In this document: positions 21,886 through 37,443 of the stretch, in pieces
Layout: each line of letters begins with the position of its first letter
Numbering within the stretch: the stretch's first letter is position 1
DNA from: Spirochaetia bacterium
Lineage (GTDB): Bacteria; Spirochaetota; Spirochaetia; SZUA-6; Bin103
Assembly: GCA_965203515.1 (NCBI GenBank)
Contig: OZ241907.1
Span: forward strand, 2,752,001 to 2,816,000
Direction: 5' to 3'
Length of the DNA stretch: 64,000 nt
Translations under genes and position numbers: made by a program
The notes under the pieces: model-generated
Seen by the model: the letters and a program-made list of their open reading frames with translations, nothing else
Databases searched by the model: none
Told to the model about the DNA's origin: nothing

Positions 21886-22561
21886 GGTCGTGGTGATGGT
21901 GATGACCGCCGCCCCCCCAGGCCGGCCGGCCGCGCCGAGGGGCGCCGAGCGCTGCCACGACCCAGGCGGCGACCTCCTCCACGCCGGAACCGTCCTTGAG
22001 GTTGGTCATCACGAATGGCAGGTCCCCGCGCGCGGCGCGCACGTCATCGGCCATCCGCTCCAGGTCGACGTCGACGAACGGGGCCAGGTCGACCTTGTTG
22101 ACCACCAGCAGGTCGCTGCGCGTGATGCCCAGGCCGCCCTTGCGCGGTATGTCGCCGCCCTGCGCGACGTCGATCACGTAGAGCTGATAGTCGACCAGGT
22201 CGGGGCTGAAGCTGGCCGCCAGGTTGTCGCCGCCGCTCTCGATGAAGGCCGCGCGGGCGTCGTCGAAGCGGTCCTGCAACCGCGCCAGGGCGTCGGCGTT
22301 CACCGATATGTCATCGCGGATCGCGGCGTGCGGGCAGCCGCCGGTCTCGACCCCCAGGATGCGGCCCGCGGCAAGCGCGCCGGCGCGGACCAGGAACCGT
22401 TCGTCCTCCCGCGAGTAGATGTCGTTGGTGATCGCCACGATCGAGTGTTCGCCGCCGAGCCGCTGGCAGAGGCGGAGCAGCAGATGGCTCTTTCCGGACC
22501 CGACCGGGCCGCCGATGCCGAACCGGACCGGCCGAGATGCTGCGTCGTGTCCGTGGTCCAT
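21854..22561 (-). CDS. ureG: Urease accessory GTPase UreG with His-rich termini
   Basis: [28 protein letters not shown]-terminus MDHGHD, C-terminus [15 protein letters not shown]. Confidence 0.96.
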   Translation of the reverse strand: MDHGHDAASRPVRFGIGGPVGSGKSHLLLRLCQRLGGEHSIVAITNDIYSREDERFLVRAGALAAGRILGVETGGCPHAAIRDDISVNADALARLQDRFDDARAAFIESGGDNLAASFSPDLVDYQLYVIDVAQGGDIPRKGGLGITRSDLLVVNKVDLAPFVDVDLERMADDVRAARGDLPFVMTNLKDGSGVEEVAAWVVAALGAPRRGRPAWGGGGHHHHHDHTHRHAPVSR

Positions 22562-22643
22562 CCGCTTCCGTCCATGTTGTAGCACGTCGGCGATGATGCG
22601 CGGCGCCCATGGATCGGCCTTCGGAAAGATCGGCTTCGTAAGG

Positions 22644-23363
22644 TCAGCTTCGGAAGTAGCGCGCCGACAGCTCGGCGTGGCCCAGCACCGCAGCGTCCCA
22701 GCCGGGCGCGGCGCTGGCCAGCGGCCGCCGGCGCCGGCCGATCCGCCGCGTCAGCTCGGTGACTTCGTCCAGCAGCGCGCCGGTGACGGCCAACGCCTCC
22801 GACTGGCCTATGGGGACGGTGCGGACCGCGACCTGCGTCCACTGGCGGACCGTTCCCAGCAACAATGCCTGCACCAGCTCGCCGGCGTCGATGCCGGTCG
22901 CTCCGCCTGTGAATCCCCACGCGACCGGGTGTTGCAGCCGGTCGTCGCGGCCGGCGGCGGCGCGCAGCACGACCGCGTACGCGGGGTGGCGCCGCACGGC
23001 GGGCAGCGCGTCGGCGGCGGCGATCAGCAGCGACCGGCCCAACTGGCCGCCGGCCGCCCGCGCTTCACGCGACGGCTGAAAGCTCGTCACCTGGTCGCTG
23101 AGGCGGATCAGCTCCCGCGCCGCCGATTCGGGCCGTGCGGCGGTCGCGGCGGCGGCGCGCGCCGCCGCCCGGCCGGCCAGCGGCGCGACCCCGAAGCGGA
23201 GCGCGTCGCGGACCCAGCCGGCCACGCCGGCCGCATCGGTCACCTGCCCGGCGTGTACCGCCCACTCCAGACCCCAGGAGTGGGCGAACGCGCCGGTCGG
23301 AAAGCCGCTGTCGGCGATCAGCAGGAGGCGGGCCCGTGCTGCGTCCGGGGCCGCGTCATCCAC
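22644..23363 (-). CDS. ureF: Urease accessory protein UreF
   Basis: [26 protein letters not shown]-terminal H....RYFRS. Confidence 0.93.
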   Translation of the reverse strand: MDDAAPDAARARLLLIADSGFPTGAFAHSWGLEWAVHAGQVTDAAGVAGWVRDALRFGVAPLAGRAAARAAAATAARPESAARELIRLSDQVTSFQPSREARAAGGQLGRSLLIAAADALPAVRRHPAYAVVLRAAAGRDDRLQHPVAWGFTGGATGIDAGELVQALLLGTVRQWTQVAVRTVPIGQSEALAVTGALLDEVTELTRRIGRRRRPLASAAPGWDAAVLGHAELSARYFRS

Positions 23364-23385
23364 GGTTCGACCGCTCGACCGGCGC

Positions 23386-25108
<1,723 letters not shown>

Positions 25109-25116
<8 letters not shown>

Positions 25117-25519
25117 CGCCGAACCCTCCTTCGCGCGCCGCCGCCAGACCGGCCGCGCGTACCGAGTCGTCGTCCAGCGGGCCGTTGGCCAGCCCGTTGA
25201 GGCCGTGGCATATCCGTTCGCCGCCGAACGGCATCAGGGTCACCCGGTGGCGCTGCCCCGGCTCGAAGCGCACCGCGGTGCCGGCGGCGATGGCCAGTTT
25301 CATGCCCCAGGCTTGCCGGCGGTCGAACCGCAGGGCGCGGTTGACCTCGAAGAAGTGGAAGTGGCTGCCGACCTGGATCGGGCGGTCGCCGGCGTTCGCC
25401 ACCTCGATCCGCACCGCCGGCCGTTCGGGCAGGCTGCGCCAGGAGTCGCGCTCGATCCAGGTCTGCCCCGGCGCCCAGTCGCCCGCGGTTGCCGCGGGCG
25501 CGCTCACCGGCCCGCTCAC
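25109..25519 (-). CDS. ureB: Urease subunit beta
   Basis: [19 protein letters not shown]...[10 protein letters not shown]. The GTG start overlaps the ureA stop. Confidence 0.95.
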
Positions 25520-25815
25520 TGGATCGGGTGATGGACGGTCACCAGCTTGGTCCCGTCCGGGAACGTCGCCTCGACCTGCACGCTGGGGATCATCGCCGGC
25601 ACGCCGCTCATCACCTGCCGCGCGGACAGGATGGTGCCGCCCAGCTCGACGATGTCGGTCAGCGGCCGGCCCTCGCGCGCCCACTCCATGATCTGGGTGG
25701 CGATGACGGCCGTGGCCTCGGGGTGGTTGAGCTTGACGCCCCGCTGCAGCCGGTCGCGCGCCACCATGCCGGCGACCGCCAGCAGCAGCTTCTCGCGTTC
25801 ATGAGGTGTGAACAT
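25516..25815 (-). CDS. ureA: Urease subunit gamma
   Basis: TPHEREKLL...KLNHPEA...[27 protein letters not shown]. Confidence 0.97.
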   Translation of the reverse strand: MFTPHEREKLLLAVAGMVARDRLQRGVKLNHPEATAVIATQIMEWAREGRPLTDIVELGGTILSARQVMSGVPAMIPSVQVEATFPDGTKLVTVHHPIQ

Positions 25816-25855
25816 CGATGCTCCTCGATACTCGATCGGCCGAGAACTCGCCGAT

Positions 25856-27553
25856 TCAGAAGTCCAGGCGCCAGACGCTGGTCGCCTGCCGCGCCATCCA
25901 GCGCTGCCGTGAGGCGATCTTGTCGACGGTCCAGGCATCATAGTCTGTCGCGATCCTGCGCGTAACGGCGAATCGGCTGCCGCCGTAGGTGGATCGCTTT
26001 GCGGCGAAGCCGGCGTTTCCCGCGGCGCGGTTGTCGGCCGCCGACAGCAGCGTGAGGTTGCCGAGCCGGTAGGTGAACGACTCGCGCTGCCGGTCGTCGA
26101 ACTGCTCCCAGGCTTCGCCGGGCCGTTCCGGCAGCACGTGCTCGAGGTCGTACTGCGCGCTCTCGAAGTCGAAGTCCTCTCCCGACACGTGCCGTTCCAG
26201 CCGGAACAACAGGTACCGCGCCACTTTCCGGTTGCGGCTGCTGGCGGTGCGCAGCTCCTTTTCGGCGAAGGCCGCCCGGAACTCGCCGTCGTCGGGGTAG
26301 ACGCTGCGCAGTTCCCTGATCGTGTCCGCCGCTCCGCCGAGGGCGTGATTCGCCAGCGCGCAGGCGATGCGGTTGTACTGTCGTTCCTGCTCGTTGCCCT
26401 GCCGGCCGCAGATCACGTTGTACCGGAACGACACGACGGCGACCGCGCGCAGCAGGCGGCTGAACCCGGTTCGATCGTCGTCCGCCCAGCGCTCGAACGC
26501 CGCCAGCAGCAGCGCCAGCGGTTGGCGCACGTCGAACATCCGCAACGCCGCCAGACTGTCGCGTTCCTCCTGCGACCACGAGGGGTCTTCCGGGCTGCGC
26601 AGCGCCGCGTAGGTGAGCGCGTTTCGGTCGAGGTCGCGGATCAGGGCGAACACGGCCGCCCGGCCGCTCACCTTGCTGCGGATCGTCTTGAACAGATCGG
26701 CCTTGCGCGCCAGCCGGTTGCGGCTGTTCCAGAACACGCGCAGAAACTCGGGAAAACCCTCGCTGCCGAGGTGCCCGACGATCGTGTCCCAGCGGTTCTC
26801 CAGCGCCCGAAGGTCCGCGGCGTGAGCGCCGCCGCGGGAGACGACGAAGAACAGGTAGTTCTTCAACAGATCGGTGGCGGACAGGCGCACCCCGCGCGCG
26901 TTCAGCGTCTCGAAGACCTTGAACGCGTTGAGCTCGTCGGTGACCGTGATGACGGTAAAGAACAGCTTGTCGACCGCGGCGTCGACGAAGCTGGCCACCG
27001 CTCTGCCGTCGGCGCCGCACCGCTTGTCGATGCGCTCCCTGAACCAGAGAAAGGCGCGGCGCAGCAGGTGCTCGGAGGCGCGCAATCCCCGCTGCGGCAG
27101 GCGCTCGAGCGGCACCAGGTAGTCCTGATAGAAGCGGTCGTCGTTGCGGTTGAGCGTCAGCTTGGAGCGCGGCACCAGGCTCACCGGGTCGAGGTAGCCC
27201 AGGTAGTTCGCGCGTAGCTGCGCGGCGCGCCGCAGTTCCGGGTCGTCGGCGGTATCCGGCGCGGCCAGCTCGGTGAGGTGCGCCACGGCGGCCAGCATCA
27301 ACAGGCTGAGCGTGGTCATGCGCTGCTGTCCGTCGATGATCGCGAACGTCCGGTTGTCGGTCGATTGCAGTACCAGGTAGCCCAGGTAGTGGGCCGGCTC
27401 CGGGTCTTCCTGAAACAACGCTGCGAGGTCGTTCCACAGGTCGTCCCACTCGTCGGGTCCCCAGGAGTAGTCGCGCTGAAACCGCGGCACGCGATAGCTC
27501 AGCCCGTTGCCCATCAACTGGCGAAACGTGGTGTTGGTCGTGTTGAAGGTCAT
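25856..27553 (-). CDS. DUF262-DUF1524 protein (GmrSD/SspE-type modification-dependent restriction endonuclease)
   Basis: [25 protein letters not shown], then HNH-like LEHVLP...LGNLTLL...N. Confidence 0.9.
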   Translation of the reverse strand: MTFNTTNTTFRQLMGNGLSYRVPRFQRDYSWGPDEWDDLWNDLAALFQEDPEPAHYLGYLVLQSTDNRTFAIIDGQQRMTTLSLLMLAAVAHLTELAAPDTADDPELRRAAQLRANYLGYLDPVSLVPRSKLTLNRNDDRFYQDYLVPLERLPQRGLRASEHLLRRAFLWFRERIDKRCGADGRAVASFVDAAVDKLFFTVITVTDELNAFKVFETLNARGVRLSATDLLKNYLFFVVSRGGAHAADLRALENRWDTIVGHLGSEGFPEFLRVFWNSRNRLARKADLFKTIRSKVSGRAAVFALIRDLDRNALTYAALRSPEDPSWSQEERDSLAALRMFDVRQPLALLLAAFERWADDDRTGFSRLLRAVAVVSFRYNVICGRQGNEQERQYNRIACALANHALGGAADTIRELRSVYPDDGEFRAAFAEKELRTASSRNRKVARYLLFRLERHVSGEDFDFESAQYDLEHVLPERPGEAWEQFDDRQRESFTYRLGNLTLLSAADNRAAGNAGFAAKRSTYGGSRFAVTRRIATDYDAWTVDKIASRQRWMARQATSVWRLDF

Positions 27554-27630
27554 GGAACGCCTGCCGCCCGCCTGAGTGTTCCGCATCGGGGCGCGCGGCT
27601 CAAGCGCGCCGCCGGCCGGCAGGCGTGGAG

Positions 27631-27659
27631 TTGACCGGCTCCGCGCCGCGCCCTACGGT
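27631..27659 (+). promoter_or_regulatory. sigma70-type promoter of trpS
   Basis: TTGACC-N17-TACGGT, 9 nt before ATG27669. Confidence 0.6.
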
Positions 27660-27668
27660 GATCGCTCG

Positions 27669-28700
<1,032 letters not shown>

Positions 28701-28722
28701 GCGGCGTACTACCTTTCGACCG

Positions 28723-30591
<1,869 letters not shown>

Positions 30592-30592
30592 C

Positions 30593-31825
30593 GTGCGCAT
30601 ACTGCTCGTCAGCGACTCGTATGGTCTGATCGACGGCGTCAGCCGCAGCATCGAGGCCGAGCTGGAGTTCTTCCGGGAGCGCGGCGACACGGTCGTGGTG
30701 GTCTCCACCAACACGACTCATACGCGCACCTACCGGCTGGCCGCCTACCGCGACTTCTACCGCGTGTTCGACGCCGATCCGCGGCGGCTGGCGCGGCGGC
30801 TGCGCGGCTATCGCTTCGACGTGGCCTACGGGCATTGCGTGGCCCCGCAGGGGCTGTTCTTCCTGCTGTACCTGGCGGCGCGCTTCGGCGTGCCGATGGT
30901 GAATCGCTTCACCACCTTCGCGCCGGACTACATGGTCTATGCCTATCCGCCGGGCTCGGGGCCGGCGGCGCAGGCGGCGATTCGCCGGATGCTCACCGGC
31001 CTGCTCGGCATCACGCAGCGGCGCATGCACCGCGTGCTCCTCAGCATCGCCTGTGAGAAGATGCGGCGGTATCTGGTGGAGGTGCTGCGCGTGGCGCCCT
31101 GGCGTATCGTCGAGAACCGATTCCCGCTCCGGACGACGCGGCCGCCGCGCCGGCGGCCGCGTCCGGGGGCGGACGCCGGCGCTTCCTTCCGCCTGCTCAC
31201 GCCGGGGCGGCTGTCGGCGGAAAAGAACGTCGAGCTGCTCGTCTCGATCTGGAACGACGAGCTGGCCGGTCGCTATCCGCGCGCCGAGTGGCGGCTGGCC
31301 GGACCGGGACCGCTCACCGAATCGGTCCGCCGTTCGGTCCGCTCGGGCGAACGCGTGCGGCTGCTCGGCGCGGTCAGCCACCGGCGCATGCTGCGCGAGA
31401 TGGTGGAGGCGGACCTGATGCTGTACGCGAGCCGCGGCGACACCTTCGCGCTGGTGATCACGGAGGCGAAGCTCTGCAAGCTGCCGATCGTGGCGCTGGC
31501 CGACGACGCCGGCGTGTCGGCGCAGATCGCGGACGGCGCGGTCGGCGGCTATCTGGCCGCCGGCAGGGCGGAGTACGTGCGCCGCGTGCACCATGCGATG
31601 GCGCACCCGGAGCAGGCGGCGCGTATCGCCGAGCGCGGCGCGCGGGACGTCGCCGAACGGTTCGGACCGGCCGAGCACGACCGGCTGGCCGCGATCCTGC
31701 AGCGCGCGGCAGCGGCTCGGCCGAGCCGTTCGCACCGTCTGATCACCCTGGCCGCCGCGCGTCTGGTGCGACTGCTGTGCTGGACGCTGCCGCGCGCGTT
31801 CATCCGCATGTACGAGCCGGCATGA
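30593..31825 (+). CDS. GT-B fold glycosyltransferase (GT4; glycolipid-synthase-like)
   Basis: SDSY...DGVS, GRLSAEKN, DTFALVITEA. Confidence 0.85.
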   Translation: MRILLVSDSYGLIDGVSRSIEAELEFFRERGDTVVVVSTNTTHTRTYRLAAYRDFYRVFDADPRRLARRLRGYRFDVAYGHCVAPQGLFFLLYLAARFGVPMVNRFTTFAPDYMVYAYPPGSGPAAQAAIRRMLTGLLGITQRRMHRVLLSIACEKMRRYLVEVLRVAPWRIVENRFPLRTTRPPRRRPRPGADAGASFRLLTPGRLSAEKNVELLVSIWNDELAGRYPRAEWRLAGPGPLTESVRRSVRSGERVRLLGAVSHRRMLREMVEADLMLYASRGDTFALVITEAKLCKLPIVALADDAGVSAQIADGAVGGYLAAGRAEYVRRVHHAMAHPEQAARIAERGARDVAERFGPAEHDRLAAILQRAAAARPSRSHRLITLAAARLVRLLCWTLPRAFIRMYEPA

Positions 31826-32574
31826 AGCGGACCGGCAAGAAGCGGGGCGGCCCGCGGCCGCGCGCGCTCATCATCGAGGATGACCGCGCTATCGCCAAGC
31901 TGATCGACTTCAACCTGAGCGGCGCGGGCTTCGATCCCCGGCGGGTGACCACCGGCGAGGAGGCGCTGCACTCGGTGGCCCGCGAGCCGACCGAGCTGAT
32001 CGTGCTCGATCTGGCGCTGCCGGGGATCGACGGGCTGACCGTCTGCCGGCGGCTCAAGGACGACGCGCAGACCCGGGCGATTCCGATCCTGATCGTATCG
32101 GCCCGCGGCGAGGAGGAGGACGTAATCGCCGGCCTGGAGATCGGCGCGGACGACTACGTCACCAAGCCGTTCAGTCCGCGCGTGCTGGTGGCGCGGGCGC
32201 GCGCGCTGCTGCGGCGCGGCGGCGAACCGCTTGGCGGGGCCGGGGCGGCCGGCGCGGACGGGGCCGGCGAGCCGGCAGCCGCGGTCACCGCCGGCCCGGT
32301 CCGCGTCGACCCGCAACGCCACGAGGCGACCGTGGACGGCCGGCCACTGCGGCTGACCGCCACCGAGTTTCGGACGCTGCAGTTCCTGACCGAGCGCGCC
32401 GGCTGGGTATCGTCGCGGTCCCGCATCGTCACCGGCGTGCACGGCGCCGATTATCCGGTCACCGACCGGTCGGTCGACGTCATCATCGCCTCTTTGCGCA
32501 AGAAGCTCGGCGATGAGGCGTGGCGGCTGGAGACGGTGCGCGGCGTAGGGTTCCGGGTGCGTGATGATGCGTGA
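31822..32574 (+). CDS. OmpR/PhoB-family response regulator
   Basis: IIEDD, VLDLALPGIDG, GADDYVTKPFS, TVRGVGF. Confidence 0.93.
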   Translation: MKRTGKKRGGPRPRALIIEDDRAIAKLIDFNLSGAGFDPRRVTTGEEALHSVAREPTELIVLDLALPGIDGLTVCRRLKDDAQTRAIPILIVSARGEEEDVIAGLEIGADDYVTKPFSPRVLVARARALLRRGGEPLGGAGAAGADGAGEPAAAVTAGPVRVDPQRHEATVDGRPLRLTATEFRTLQFLTERAGWVSSRSRIVTGVHGADYPVTDRSVDVIIASLRKKLGDEAWRLETVRGVGFRVRDDA

Positions 32575-33827
32575 TTCGAGGCGTGATTGAGGCGAGAGGC
32601 GGTCGCCGTGTGACGGCCGCGCGCGCGGCCGGCGCCGCGGTCGCCGCGCTGGGCATCGCCGCCGCGGCGCTGCTGCCGGCGGAGGCGCTGGGGCCGGGGG
32701 TCGCGCGGCTGGCGCTGGCGCTGCTCGGCGCGGCGGTCGCCGTGCTGGCGTGGGCTCTGCGCCGCGTGCGGATGGCGGAGGCGCGCGCCCGGCAGGACGC
32801 CGGCGCGACCGCCGCGGAGGCGCGCAACGCCCGCCGGGTGGAACGCCTGCTCGCCCAGCTTCCCGACGCGGTGGTGGCCGTGGACCCGCGCGGCGTCATC
32901 TGCATCGCCAATGCGGCGGCGGCCGGGCTGCTGGGGGTGCGTCCCGAACACGTCGGCCGCCCGTTCGCGGAAGCGCTGCCGGCGCCGTCGCTGCGCGCCA
33001 TCCTGGCGCCGGTGCTGGAGGGCGCCTCCGATCACGGCGGCGGCGATCTGGCCGACCTGGCGCCGAACGCGGTGATCCACGTCCGCGTGAGCCGGGTACG
33101 TGCCGACGGCGACGGCTGGATGATCCTGCTCTGTGCGACCGATGCGACCCGGCTGCGCCGGCTGGAGCGGCTGCGGCACGACTTCGTGGCCAACGTCTCG
33201 CACGAGCTGCGCACGCCGATCACCGCCATCAAGGGGTTCGTGGAGACGATGCTCGACCGCCGCCTGTATCGCGGCTCCCACGGCAAACGGTTCCTGCGCA
33301 TCGCCAGCGCGCAGGCCGCGCGGCTGCACGCGCTGGTGGAGGACCTCCTGAGCCTGTCCCGCATCGAGCAGGACGACCCCGGCGGCATCGACGCCACCGC
33401 GCAGCCGCTCGCCCCGATCGTCATGCGGGCGATCGACGCCTGCCGGGAGCGGTTCGACACCCGCCGCGTGCGCGTCGACGTCGACGGCGTGCGGGTGCGC
33501 GCCAACGCCCCTCTGCTGGAACGGGCGCTGGTGAACCTGCTGGAGAACGCGCTGCTCCACGGCGGCAAGGGAAGCGCGGTGCGCGTCAGCGCGCGCTCCG
33601 AGGGAGGCGTGCGGATCGACGTGGCCGACGACGGACCCGGCATCGCCGCCGAGCACCTGGATCGGCTGTTCGAGCGGTTCTATCGCGTCGACCGCGATGC
33701 GCGCATCCCCGGATCGGGCCTGGGACTGGCGATCGTCAAGCACGTCGCGCAGGCGCACGGCGGCCGCGTCAGCGTCACCAGTGAGATCGGTTCCGGGAGC
33801 ACGTTTACGCTGCACCTTCCGGCGTAG
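32571..33827 (+). CDS. PhoR-like sensor histidine kinase (TM-PAS-HisKA-HATPase)
   Basis: FVANVSHELRTPITAIKG, NLLENA, DDGPGI, GSGLGLAI. Confidence 0.9.
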   Translation: MIRGVIEARGGRRVTAARAAGAAVAALGIAAAALLPAEALGPGVARLALALLGAAVAVLAWALRRVRMAEARARQDAGATAAEARNARRVERLLAQLPDAVVAVDPRGVICIANAAAAGLLGVRPEHVGRPFAEALPAPSLRAILAPVLEGASDHGGGDLADLAPNAVIHVRVSRVRADGDGWMILLCATDATRLRRLERLRHDFVANVSHELRTPITAIKGFVETMLDRRLYRGSHGKRFLRIASAQAARLHALVEDLLSLSRIEQDDPGGIDATAQPLAPIVMRAIDACRERFDTRRVRVDVDGVRVRANAPLLERALVNLLENALLHGGKGSAVRVSARSEGGVRIDVADDGPGIAAEHLDRLFERFYRVDRDARIPGSGLGLAIVKHVAQAHGGRVSVTSEIGSGSTFTLHLPA

Positions 33828-33929
33828 GCCTCTCGTGGTAGACCATCGTAAAGCCGAAGTAGAGCAGCATGATGCAGTTCAGCTCGATCAGGGACATGAT
33901 CGACGAGGCAGCGGCATGGTGGAGGCGGC

Positions 33930-34889
33930 ATGGTGGAGGCGGGCGCGGGACCGGCGCTCGACCGGCACGGCGTGATCGCGGGCACGCTGCCGGTGGTGGC
34001 GACGCCCTTCACGGAGGGCGGCGCGGCGGTCGACCGGAGTTCGCTGCGCCGGCTGGTCGACTACGTGGCGGCCGCCGGCGCCGATGGGCTGGTCTACCCC
34101 GGCGTTGCCAGCGAGTTCGACCGGTTGAGCGTCGCGGAACGGTCCTCCGCCCTGGAAACGGTCGTCGACGCGGCCGCCGGACGGCTGCCGGTGATCGCCG
34201 GCGCCAGCAGCGACGATCCGCGCGCGGCGGCGCAACTCGCGCGCCGCGGCCGGCAGCTCGGCGCCGCCGCCGCCATGGTGATGGCGCCGCGCGCGCTCGG
34301 CGGCGCCGCCGGCCGGTTGATCGAGTTCTTCACCTTGGTAGCGGCGGAGGGCGGCCTGCCGCTGGTGCTGCAGAACGCACCGCCGCCGGTCGGCGCGGGG
34401 CTGGCGGCCGCGGAGGTGATCGCCGTCGCGCGCGCGGTGCCGGCCGTGCGGACCGTGAAGGAAGAGACGCTGCCGTCGGGGCAGCGCATCACCGAGCTGC
34501 TGGCGCTGGCGCCGCCGACGGTCGAAAGCGTGATCGGCGGCGCCGGCGGCCGCCATCTGGTCGATGAGCTGCTGCGCGGCGCCGGCGGGACGATGCCGGC
34601 CTGTGAGGTGTGCGAAGTGCATGCGGCGATGGTCGCCGCGCACCGCGGCGGCGACGAACGGCGCCTGCGCGCGCTGTTCGCACGGGTCCTGCCGCTGCTC
34701 AACATGCAGGCGGTGTTCCGCATGAGCCTGACCAAGGCCGCCCTGCGCCGGCGCGGCCTGATCCGCTGCGAGGCGGTGCGCGGCGCGGTCCCGGCCCTCG
34801 ACGACCGGGACCGCGCCGAACTGGCCTTCCTGCTCGACGAGCTGAGCGATCTGCTGATCGAGCCGCCCGTGACCGCAACGGTCGCATGA
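33930..34889 (+). CDS. Dihydrodipicolinate synthase/N-acetylneuraminate lyase family protein
   Basis: PVVATPF, GVASEF..LS..ER, Schiff-base VKEE. Confidence 0.88.
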   Translation: MVEAGAGPALDRHGVIAGTLPVVATPFTEGGAAVDRSSLRRLVDYVAAAGADGLVYPGVASEFDRLSVAERSSALETVVDAAAGRLPVIAGASSDDPRAAAQLARRGRQLGAAAAMVMAPRALGGAAGRLIEFFTLVAAEGGLPLVLQNAPPPVGAGLAAAEVIAVARAVPAVRTVKEETLPSGQRITELLALAPPTVESVIGGAGGRHLVDELLRGAGGTMPACEVCEVHAAMVAAHRGGDERRLRALFARVLPLLNMQAVFRMSLTKAALRRRGLIRCEAVRGAVPALDDRDRAELAFLLDELSDLLIEPPVTATVA

Positions 34890-36058
34890 CCGCCACGGTC
34901 GCCGGCGTCGAGTCGTTCGTACTCACCCTGCCCCGCGGCCAGCCGTATCTGGGACCCCTGGGCGCGGGAGAGACGGTCAACGCCAAGGGCTACTTCGTAC
35001 GCGCGCGCAATCGCACGGTCTACTCCACCGTCGACCGCTCGGTGCTGGTGCGGATCACGGCGGACGACGGCGCCGAAGGGTGGGGCGAGACCTATGGGCT
35101 GGCGGCGCCGGGCGCCACCATCGCCATCATCGACGATCTGCTCGCCGACTTCGTCACCGGCCGCGACCCGTTCGAGGCGGCGGCGATCCACGACGATCTC
35201 TACGACCTGATGCGGGTCCGGGGCTACGTCGGCGGCTTCTACCTCGATGCGCTGGCCGCCATCGACATCGCCCTGTGGGATCTGGCCGGCCGGCTGAGCG
35301 GGAGGCCGCTGGTGCAGCTGCTCGGTGAGCAGCGGCGCACCGCGATCCCGGCCTACGTCAGCGGTCTGCCGGCGGCCACGCTGGCCGAACGGATCGCCAT
35401 TGCGGTCACGTGGCGTGAGCGCGGATTCGATGCCGTGAAGTTCGCCGACGCGGTGGCCGACCGGGGGCCGGTGGCGGAGCTGGCGGCGCTCCGCCGTGCG
35501 CTCGGCGCCGCCGTACGGATCGGCGTCGACCTCCACTGGCGCTACCGTCCGGACGAAGCGATCCGGGTGATCCGCGCCATGGAACCGCACGATCCATGGT
35601 TCGCCGAAGCGCCGGTGATGCCGGAAGATGTCTCCGCGCAAGCCGCCGTCGCGCACGGCGTGCGCACGCCGGTCGCGATCGGCGAAGAGTGGCGCACCGT
35701 CCACGACGCGAAACCGCGCTTCGAGCGCGGCTTTCCCGCCATCGTCCAGCCGGAGATGGGGCATACCGGACCGACCGAGTTCATGCGGATCGCCGCCCTG
35801 GCGGCCCGACACGGGATCACCGTCGCCCCGCATGCCACCATCGGCGCCGGCATCTTCCTCGCCGCCAGTCTGCACGCCAGCGCAGCCGTCGCCGGCCTGG
35901 GGCTGCATGAGTTCCAACACTCCGTTCTGCGGCCGAATCGTGACCTGCTGGAGGGGATGCCGGACTGCGTCGACGGCGCGTACCGGCTTCCGTCCGGCCC
36001 GGGACTCGGCGTCCGGCCGGGAGCCCGGGTGCGCCGGATGATCGGACTCCCGGCGTAG
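34886..36058 (+). CDS. Mandelate racemase/muconate lactonizing (enolase superfamily) enzyme
   Basis: GWGE, DIALWDL.G, VDLHW, EAP, GEEW, PHAT. Confidence 0.9.
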   Translation: MTATVAGVESFVLTLPRGQPYLGPLGAGETVNAKGYFVRARNRTVYSTVDRSVLVRITADDGAEGWGETYGLAAPGATIAIIDDLLADFVTGRDPFEAAAIHDDLYDLMRVRGYVGGFYLDALAAIDIALWDLAGRLSGRPLVQLLGEQRRTAIPAYVSGLPAATLAERIAIAVTWRERGFDAVKFADAVADRGPVAELAALRRALGAAVRIGVDLHWRYRPDEAIRVIRAMEPHDPWFAEAPVMPEDVSAQAAVAHGVRTPVAIGEEWRTVHDAKPRFERGFPAIVQPEMGHTGPTEFMRIAALAARHGITVAPHATIGAGIFLAASLHASAAVAGLGLHEFQHSVLRPNRDLLEGMPDCVDGAYRLPSGPGLGVRPGARVRRMIGLPA

Positions 36059-36129
36059 CGGCAGCCGCTTGCCGGCGCTCCGGCAAGCTCCTAAGATGGC
36101 GGCACGTCAGGTTCGGAGGCTCACAGGAC

Positions 36130-37416
36130 ATGGCCGACACGGCCCGCATTGCGCTGGACGGCAAAGAACTGGATCTACCGGTGGTACGCGGTTCCGAGGG
36201 GGAGGTCGGCGTCGACATCGCGGCGCTGCGCAGCGTCAGCGGCGTGATCACCGTCGATCCGGGGTATGCAAACACCGGCTCCTGCCGCAGCGGGATCACC
36301 TTCATCGACGGCGAGCGGGGCGTGCTGCGCTACCGCGGCATCCCGATCGAACAGCTTGCCGAGCGCAGCCACTTCCTGGAGACCGCCATGCTGCTGCTCG
36401 ACGGCGAGCTGCCGACCCGCGCGGCGCTCGACACGTTCAGGGGCCAGATCACCTATCACACGATGGTGCACGAAGACGTGCGCAGCTTCTACGAGGGGTT
36501 CCCGAAGAGCGCGCACCCGATGGCGATCTGCGGCGCCGTGGTGGGGGCGCTCTCCACGTTCTATTCCGACTCGCTCGACATGCACGACGAGCGGCAGGTG
36601 GAGATCTCCATCCAGCGGCTGATCGCCAAGCTGCCGACCATCGTCGCCTACTCCTACAAGCACTCGATCGGTCAGCCGTTCATGTACCCGCGCAACGACC
36701 TGGGGTACGCGGCGAACTTCCTGCACATGATGTTCGCCACCCCGTGCGAGGAGTACGTCGTCGATCAGCAGATCGCCCGCACGATGGATACCATCTTCCT
36801 GCTGCACGCCGACCATGAACAGAACTGCTCGGCCAGCACCGTACGCATGGTCGGCAGCTCCATGGCCAACCTGTTCGCCTCCATCGCCGCCGGCGTGCAC
36901 GCGCTGTGGGGCCCGCTGCACGGCGGCGCCAACCAGGCGGTGGTGGAGATGTTGCAGCAGATCCTGGCGACCGGGGACCGCGGCTCCGACTACCTCGACA
37001 AGGTCAAGAACCGGGTCGCCGGCGTGCGGCTGATGGGCTTCGGGCACCGCGTCTACAAGAACTTCGATCCGCGCGCGAAGATCCTCAAGAAGCTCTGCTT
37101 CGAGGTGCTCGACCGGGTGCATGCCTCCACCCCGCTGCTCGACCTGGCCGTGGAGCTGGAGGAGATCGCGCTGCGCGACGAGTACTTCATCTCGCGCAAG
37201 CTCTATCCGAACGTCGATTTCTACTCCGGGATCATCCTGCAGGCGCTGGGGATCCCGGTCGACATGTTCCCGACCCTGTTCACGATCGGCAGGCTGCCGG
37301 GCTGGATCGCGCACTGGCACGAGATGATCCGCGACCCGGACGCGCGGCTGGCGCGGCCGCGCCAGATATACACCGGGCCCACCCAGCGCGACTACCTGGC
37401 GATCGACGACCGGTAG
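36130..37416 (+). CDS. gltA: Citrate synthase (type II)
   Basis: DPGYANT, HADHEQNCS, GPLHGGAN, MGFGHRVYK, YPNVDFYSG. Confidence 0.98.
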   Translation: MADTARIALDGKELDLPVVRGSEGEVGVDIAALRSVSGVITVDPGYANTGSCRSGITFIDGERGVLRYRGIPIEQLAERSHFLETAMLLLDGELPTRAALDTFRGQITYHTMVHEDVRSFYEGFPKSAHPMAICGAVVGALSTFYSDSLDMHDERQVEISIQRLIAKLPTIVAYSYKHSIGQPFMYPRNDLGYAANFLHMMFATPCEEYVVDQQIARTMDTIFLLHADHEQNCSASTVRMVGSSMANLFASIAAGVHALWGPLHGGANQAVVEMLQQILATGDRGSDYLDKVKNRVAGVRLMGFGHRVYKNFDPRAKILKKLCFEVLDRVHASTPLLDLAVELEEIALRDEYFISRKLYPNVDFYSGIILQALGIPVDMFPTLFTIGRLPGWIAHWHEMIRDPDARLARPRQIYTGPTQRDYLAIDDR

Positions 37417-37443
37417 GGCCGCCGCGGGCGCGGCAGGTCCGGC

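Noticed and set aside
33830..33910. Minus-strand hydrophobic peptide (SIMSLIELNCIMLLYFGFTMVYH) as a membrane-protein remnant
   Set aside because: Too short to support, with no recognisable motif.
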